A DNA stretch of 64,000 nucleotides from Antedon mediterranea (Eukaryota; Animalia; Echinodermata): contig NC_092676.1 in the NCBI RefSeq assembly GCF_964355755.1, forward strand, positions 25,686,871 to 25,750,870, in the 5' to 3' direction. The stretch's first letter is position 1; every line of letters begins with the position of its first letter. Shown here one piece after another: positions 58,101 to 64,000 of the stretch. The notes under the pieces were generated by a model. It saw only the letters and a program-made list of their open reading frames with translations. It made no database searches and was not told where the DNA came from. A program made the position numbers and the translations under genes.

Positions 58101-61100
58101 ATTCCCATTAATGTCTATGACAAATTAAAAGTCAACTGATGAAAAATTGAATGAAAATTTAAAATTTATTTGCATAGAATTAGTGTTGTATTTTGTTGAA
58201 AAACCTTTTGCAATTTTTATTAAGAACTGATTTTCATATTAATGAAATTGATATTTAAATGGGGTTCTTTTATAAGAATTTGCTTCTTGAATTTTCACAT
58301 TTTTCTTTGTTTAAATCAGTAAATTTAATTTTAAATTGTTATTGTTCAAAGAAAGTAAAAGACGTTGTCATTGTCAAACTCAATTTGTTATAAATTTTAA
58401 ATATAGACAACAGCTTTGAGAGATGCTTGGATAAAGCTGAACACTGGTATTTTAGAGGAACATCTGTTGAGGCATCTATGGGAGAAGGAGGAGTTCTGTG
58501 ATTCATCAGATGATAAAACATTTAACTTCTTTGTGTCCCTCATGGAAAAGTTTGGTTTACTGTGTGAAAAAAAGCATACAAAGGTATGAAGACAAGAAAA
58601 TCATAAAAAGTTTAAAATTGTTTTTTTTTAAATAGTTTTAAATAAGGTTACAGACACATTTAAAAAATCTCTTTTGTAGTTTTCTTTATCCCTTTACTTG
58701 ATAAAAAAAAGTTTTATGATTGGAAAGTTCAGATTTCCTATAAACATCTATGTGACACTTAGTTTCAATCACTTCTTTTGACAAACCATCTAAATTTTTA
58801 TTTTATATAAAAAATTGACTGAAAATTGACAAAATTCCCTTTTTTCACTTGTTTTTTTTTAATAGGACAAGGGAAGAATTTTCTATGTTCTTTCACGCTT
58901 GAAACCTGAAGCCTCAGCACCACCTAAATATGACAGAGAGCGTGCCGTTTCTCTTTTTCATGATTTCGGTAGCTACCTTCCAGATGATCTGTTTCAACGT
59001 GCTGCAACTAAATTTGTTGAGAAATTCCAAATCGATAATTATGAACCTCAACTATCTTTTGAGCATGTACAGTTGAATATTGATGGACATCATCAAGTCA
59101 TTCTGTATGTGGCTACCATTAGACAGCGCCGTATGTTACAGGTACATTTTTTTTCATTTAATAGGTAGCAGCAAAAGCCTAGAACATAAATTAATTGGCA
59201 TTAGTAAAAAATAGAAACAAAAGGATTCAGTACTTATGTTATTATGTTTCTAACTATAAATATACATTCAATTTGATTTTTCTGTACATTACAATGTACA
59301 TTTATGTACCTGCAAAGAATAATGAATACAAATAATTTATTATGTATGTTGCAATGTATTTGTTTACATCGATCCATTGATATTTCTGCCTCCATTCTGG
59401 TTCAGAGACAAAGTATTTTGCCACCTCCCCCTCGTGGGGCTTTTGACGAAGCAAATTTATTTCACTAGCACTCCTAGATGGCCGGAAATATTACTCTCGC
59501 ATGTAAAATTTATGATAAATGGTACCTCTAGTTGGCCGGAAATGACACTCCCATAGCGTGCTAGGAATCGGCAAAACAATTGTATTTTGCGTTTAATGGA
59601 AACATCAAGGGGAAGTCCCCGAAAATAATGTACTTCTGGTTCGGTAAATGATGTAAATATTATTAGATTGTATGTTATTCTTTTGTTTGTTAATCTGGAA
59701 TTCAACGTTGTTTTCATAGTTCTTGAATTTAAAAATGTCTTTTTTTGGAGGGTAAAATTGAACTGATCCACCAACCAATGGCAAGAAAATTCAGCGCAGC
59801 TCGGCCTTTCGCCTTTTATAAATGCTCACATCATCATTTAATTGTAATTTTGTTTGTTTCTTATTGTAGACAACAATAGTCAGAACAAAAATCCTCAATG
59901 TGGAGTCTGCAGAAGATAAACCAGAACCTTCTGTCTGTAAGAAAGTAGGTCAATACATTTCTACAAATTCCCTTTATGATACAACAAGAAAGTTATCTTT
60001 CTCAAAAATATTTATATTTAAAAATCACTAACATAGCTTTAGGATACCTATAATATTTTTAATAATATTGTTATAATATTTTTTGTAATGCCTTCATTGT
60101 ATTATATTGATAGTCATATGTTTTTTAAATAACTTGCCTATTCTGCGTCTATTTATTCTATAATGTTTTCTAGGTGCTAAGCTTCCTTCAAACTGAATTA
60201 AAAGTGTTCAGTCAGAGTAACACACAAGGTCTTAAAGCTAAGATGTACATCCCTTGTGCATGTAGTCCAAACATTGAAAATGCTCATCTGCATATTATTA
60301 GCAAGTTTGACCAAGCTGTATTGCCTTGTGGAGGCAATGCAATGGATGTGACTCATTACTGTAGATTGTTTGCTGATAGTGTAGTACCGCAAGGTGATAG
60401 TGCAGTACCGCAAGGTAAATGCATTGCATGTCTTTACCCTTGATTGGGGACGTCACAGAAACTGACAATATAAGTTTCACAATGCATGATAATACTGTAG
60501 TTTAAAACTCACATAATAGTTGACAACAAAATAATGTATCAGTTTTGGATAAAAGGGTTTACATGAAATCTAGATAAGAAAATGAAAGCATTGTATGGGG
60601 TGTGTGTGTGTGTTTATATGGTATATCAAAAATATATTTTACTTCAAATATAAGACCATTCAAACAAGCAATTTTGTTTAGGAAGTTGGGGAAAAATACA
60701 AATACATATTGTAATATAAAACAAACAAAAAAAGTGAGACAAAGTCATCATGATTCTCTTTTTTCATAATATAGCAGCATTCAAGTTTTGTTCAAAATGT
60801 GCCTAACTTTAAACCGATTTATAGTCACCATTGTACAACATGATCTCTTATTTACAATTCATAGGGTGTGTAGATGACTTGACAATTCAAAGAGTATGCG
60901 AGGAAATAAACGACAACTGGAAACAATTTGGTGTTTGTTTAGGATTTAGTTATACAGAGACAAAAGAGTTTGAGGCTTCTGACAAAATGATGCATCATTG
61001 GAGGGGAAAAACTACAAGTAGTAAACAAAATCAACTTGCAGTATTGCACAAGGCTCTAACAGAACATGGATTAACAAACCTTGCTGATTGGCTATTTGGT

Positions 61101-63664
61101 GAAACAAAAGCAGGTATGTATTATCGTTATAAAATGTTATGATTCCAGGCATCCATATAATATTTCAATTTACATAAGATTATGGTTTGTAAATATCATT
61201 CAAAATTATAACCATGCTTCCCAGGATTATCGCCCGTATTCTTAAACCGGACTTTAGTCGTAGTTCGAAGTTCGACTTGAAAAAGTCGTAGTTCGAGCTA
61301 TTACTTCAAATTCGATTAAAAAACGAAGTAGTCGAAGTTTGCAGTTCGACTTAATGAAGTAGAGCTTTTAGTCGAGTTGCACACGTCTGGGTAACAAAGG
61401 CTATACATTGGCCAATGACAAGAGAGTATTTGAGGAGCAGACGAAATTTTGCGCATTGATATCACTTTCCATTTCTTACAACACTTTTTACGCATCAGGA
61501 CTATGCATGAAAAATAATTTTAATCGTTAATTATTAGAACAATATCAGTATTAATTTAACAGTGAAGTATATTTGATTAACAAAAAATAAAATCTTCAAA
61601 ATATATTTAGGAACCATGGCGGTACGGTAACTTTTATATTTTCTAGGCCCCCAACAAAGTATGATCGCCACGAACCACGCACTTCATAGGGTGACAAGAA
61701 AGCGCTAGGCCCCCTAAACATTCCATCGCGTGGTGAATTGCCGCATCTCCCATTGTCGCTATGGCGTGACGTAGCTCAAGTCGGACTTGCGCGAAGAAAA
61801 TAATGTAATTTGTATACAGTTGTAAATAAAGATGATTTTCATTATTATAACAATTAAGCTAATATAAATATAGATATTTCATTCTTCAATATCTGGCCAA
61901 TATAACAACTCAATGACTGTTATGTTTTTTATAAACATCGTTTAAAAACCATTTAGTCGACCATTTAGCCTGCCCCCTCCAGGACTAAAAAAATCGATCA
62001 AAATCCGTCTCGATTTAGTCGAGGTTGGCCTGATTTAGTCGGTGATTTAGTTGAAGTTCGGTTTATGAATTAAAATGACGTCATTTTTTTAGTTTTAGCT
62101 CGAACTACGACTAAAGTCCGGTTTAAGAATACGGGCGTTAAAGTCCACTAAAAACTTTTATCCTGCTGATGTTGTAATCAAACTTTTCACAACTGGCACT
62201 TTTTATTGAAACAAATCCAATCAACTACATTATTTGTTTTCATTTATCTTTTCTTCTGACTTTGGCAGAATGCTTTGAAGACAGAGACCTTGTATTTATC
62301 TGCAATCATTTAGGCTCGGAATGGAGAAGGCTAGCAGTGCGACTTGGCATTAAATGGATAGATATCGATAAAATCACAGACACAAATAGAAACATCAAAG
62401 ACAGCATGATGGATTCCCTGGTTTCTTGGAGAGATAGATGTGCAAACCAAATTCCTACAATAATCAAGGCTTTAAGACAACAAGAACTTAATAGTTTAGC
62501 TTGCGACCTGTGCAGAAGACATGCCTACTTAGAGAATAAGAGTTTTGAAGAAGTCGCAGTATTTCAAGACCAATCAAAAAATGGTTAGATAATACTGTTC
62601 TATAAGCATACATGGTACTTGCTATAGTATCTATACATTTTGAATTATAACACACCTTGTATTCTTGCAATTTGATTGGTTAAGTACGCATTACATGTCA
62701 TTTGGAATTAGCCTACCTTACAGAAAAGTAATATCTAATGGTGATAATTAACCCGCTCTAATGCACGTTCAGCTTTTTGTAAACATTTTAAGAATTTTTG
62801 CCATGTGACGTTGGCTGATCGTGTCCGAAAATCAACCGTCTGTAACTGTTCTGCTCTGTGTCCAAAGTTGAGTACTTGCTTTTTTAAGGACCTAGCTTCT
62901 CCTCTAGCATTTGTCAATGATTTATGATGGTTAAATTAAGTTTGTTATAAAACAAATAATGAATGTTTTGTATTCGTTGAATGGAGAAAATATTTCATTC
63001 GATGACAAATCGACTGCTCTTATATTTTCAACTCGGCCTCATTAAAAGTAGAGAAGTCAATCTTTCAACTTGTAAAATTTTCTCACCATCCAACTCATAA
63101 ACATTCATTATTTGTATAATAATACAATTTTACTGTGTCAACTTTCTTGTACTACATTATCACAATTATTTAGAGAATGAATATAAATTTCAATTTGTAA
63201 CATTTATTTTAACCATCAATAAAAATGAATATAAATATAGATTACACTATTAATGTTGGTAAATAATTTAAGGTACGATCGCAAACCAATCATAATTTTA
63301 AAATAAAAAAAAACCAAATTCCAATCAAATGCCATTTGAAGTAGGCATATAGAAAAAACATCTAGTCCACTTTTAAATTGTTAGAGTAAACTTCATTTAT
63401 TTCACAGGATGCTTAACAGACTTACATCTTTTAACAATTTCTGAGATGATGGATGAAAATTGGATGGAATTTTGCATCAGACTTGAAATTCCTAGACAGA
63501 AATTGTTACAGAATAAAGAAAAATATCCAATGGCAATTGTAGATGCAACTATGCATTCTCTGATTCAATGGAGAGACAAGCAGAATGATGATGTGAACCA
63601 GTGGCAAACAGTAAGGGAAGTCTTGAAGAAAGTTGGAAGAACAGATATTGTAGAGAAGCTATGA
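43483..63664 (+). CDS. ROCO-family protein gene: tandem DEDs, Roc GTPase, COR, three death domains (~1226 aa if intact; frameshifted at ~57410 in this copy, so possibly a pseudogene or null allele)
   Basis: Exons: 43483-43495, 43816-44349 (two DED-like folds), 45142-45288, 48932-49094 (P-loop GLERVGKTS), 49364-49470, 50393-50641, 52101-52273 (IWDFGGQPIYH), 53487-53576, 56509-56688 (FILHWIQS...PIFLIGTHFN), 57173-57425 (LPIKWL, with a stop), 57716-57904 (COR, LQYLHDIGEILYY), 58407-58583 (LMEKFGLL), 58866-59141, 59870-59944, 60174-60414, 60865-61113, 62269-62583 and 63408-63664 (death domains with WKQFGVCLG, WRRLAVRLG, WMEFCIRLE). Every junction is in phase except after exon 57173-57425, which is 253 nt (+1). 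Confidence 0.85.
45473..46545 (+). mobile_element. Helentron-associated (HINE/DINE-1-like) non-autonomous element
   Basis: Starts AAACTAG after TT, with a 5' subterminal GGTTATCCGC and a 3' hairpin GTTATCCGC-CAAGT-GCGGATAAAC preceded by a purine-rich microsatellite. Confidence 0.55.
46918..47598. mobile_element. pogo/Tc1-mariner-like non-autonomous element
   Basis: TIR ccgtactgacgcgagtataagccca / tgggcttatacccgcgtcagtacgg with TA on both sides and internal repeats of gggtataagcccacccc. Confidence 0.8.
49987..50285. mobile_element. hAT-like MITE
   Basis: cagggg(g)cggattt ... aagtctgcccctg inverted ends. Confidence 0.45.
53636..56390 (-). mobile_element. Sola2-like DNA transposon, internally deleted, with ~690-bp TIRs
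   Basis: GGG...CCC termini, 4-bp TSD TTAT (53632-53635 and 56391-56394), TIRs at ~53636-54323 and ~55699-56390, and a transposase remnant on the minus strand. Confidence 0.85.
54495..55680 (-). pseudogene. Sola2-type DDD transposase remnant, split by a SINE insertion (~54990-55320)
   Basis: HYFTDGCGGQYKNKYNFINLCHHQEDFG...FFATSHGKSACDGIGGTVKRLV (55319-55597) and C-terminal IKFMHPHGPAKIFYWPSKEDCCWIP (54495-54989). Confidence 0.8.
56790..57090 (-). mobile_element. tRNA-derived SINE, same family as 20340
   Basis: Diverged reverse-complement copy of the SINE consensus. Confidence 0.75.
61231..62137. mobile_element. Non-autonomous DNA transposon (Harbinger-like) with ~38-bp perfect TIRs
   Basis: cgcccgtattcttaaaccggactttagtcgtagttcga / tcgaactacgactaaagtccggtttaagaatacgggcg, with subterminal TTAGTCG/AGTTCG repeats and an AT-rich flank. 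The TSD is ambiguous. Confidence 0.75.
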
Positions 63665-64000
63665 AAGACATGTTTTGAACAATAATGGTACAGTATGAAG
63701 TTCGTAGAGATAAAAGTTATCTGATTATACAGCTTGGAAGCATTCCTTTCAAATTTCGTTAAAGATGTATTGTAACCCCAAAACATGAAAAATAAAGATG
63801 AATCAAATTAAAATTTGAATAAACCATTTTGTAGTTTAATAAATTAAAAAATATTGACTGGTTTTTATAGAACAAGTTTGCTAATTTCTTTATTTGACCT
63901 TCATTTTAAGAGAAATTATGTTTTTTTCTGTCATAATTTCTGTTATTTCATTTATGTACATTTTACCAAATATTATATTTGCAATTCATGCCATGTACCT

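Overview
AT-rich, intron-rich animal DNA, not prokaryotic. The gene and repeat content suggests an invertebrate deuterostome such as an echinoderm, which is my inference. Five spliced genes lie on the + strand, each assembled by hand from splice sites with exon phases checked: (1) the 3' end of NCKAP1/Nap1 (141-3248); (2) a complete TMEM50 (5925-10404) that the ORF track misses, with a candidate extra Ser/Thr-rich exon; (3) a nearly intronless GH1 beta-glucosidase with a signal peptide and C-terminal KSEL (13799-15453); (4) MAP3K4/MEKK4 (~15967-33814), with a GC-AG intron and an atypical Gly-rich loop; (5) an 18-exon ROCO-family gene (43483-63664). The ROCO gene is the most unusual feature: its architecture is DED-DED-Roc-COR-DD-DD-DD, with no LRR, ankyrin or kinase domain, and this copy carries a frameshift at the Roc/COR junction. 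Introns and intergenic DNA hold many mobile elements: a Sola2-like transposon with ~690-bp TIRs, three unrelated elements with 9-bp TSDs (MULE-like), a Helitron inserted 3 nt into a splice donor, a Helentron/HINE-like element, Harbinger-like and Tc1/pogo-like MITEs, tRNA- and 5S-derived SINEs, and a 17-bp hairpin minisatellite. Family assignments come from my recognition of motifs; no database search was run.
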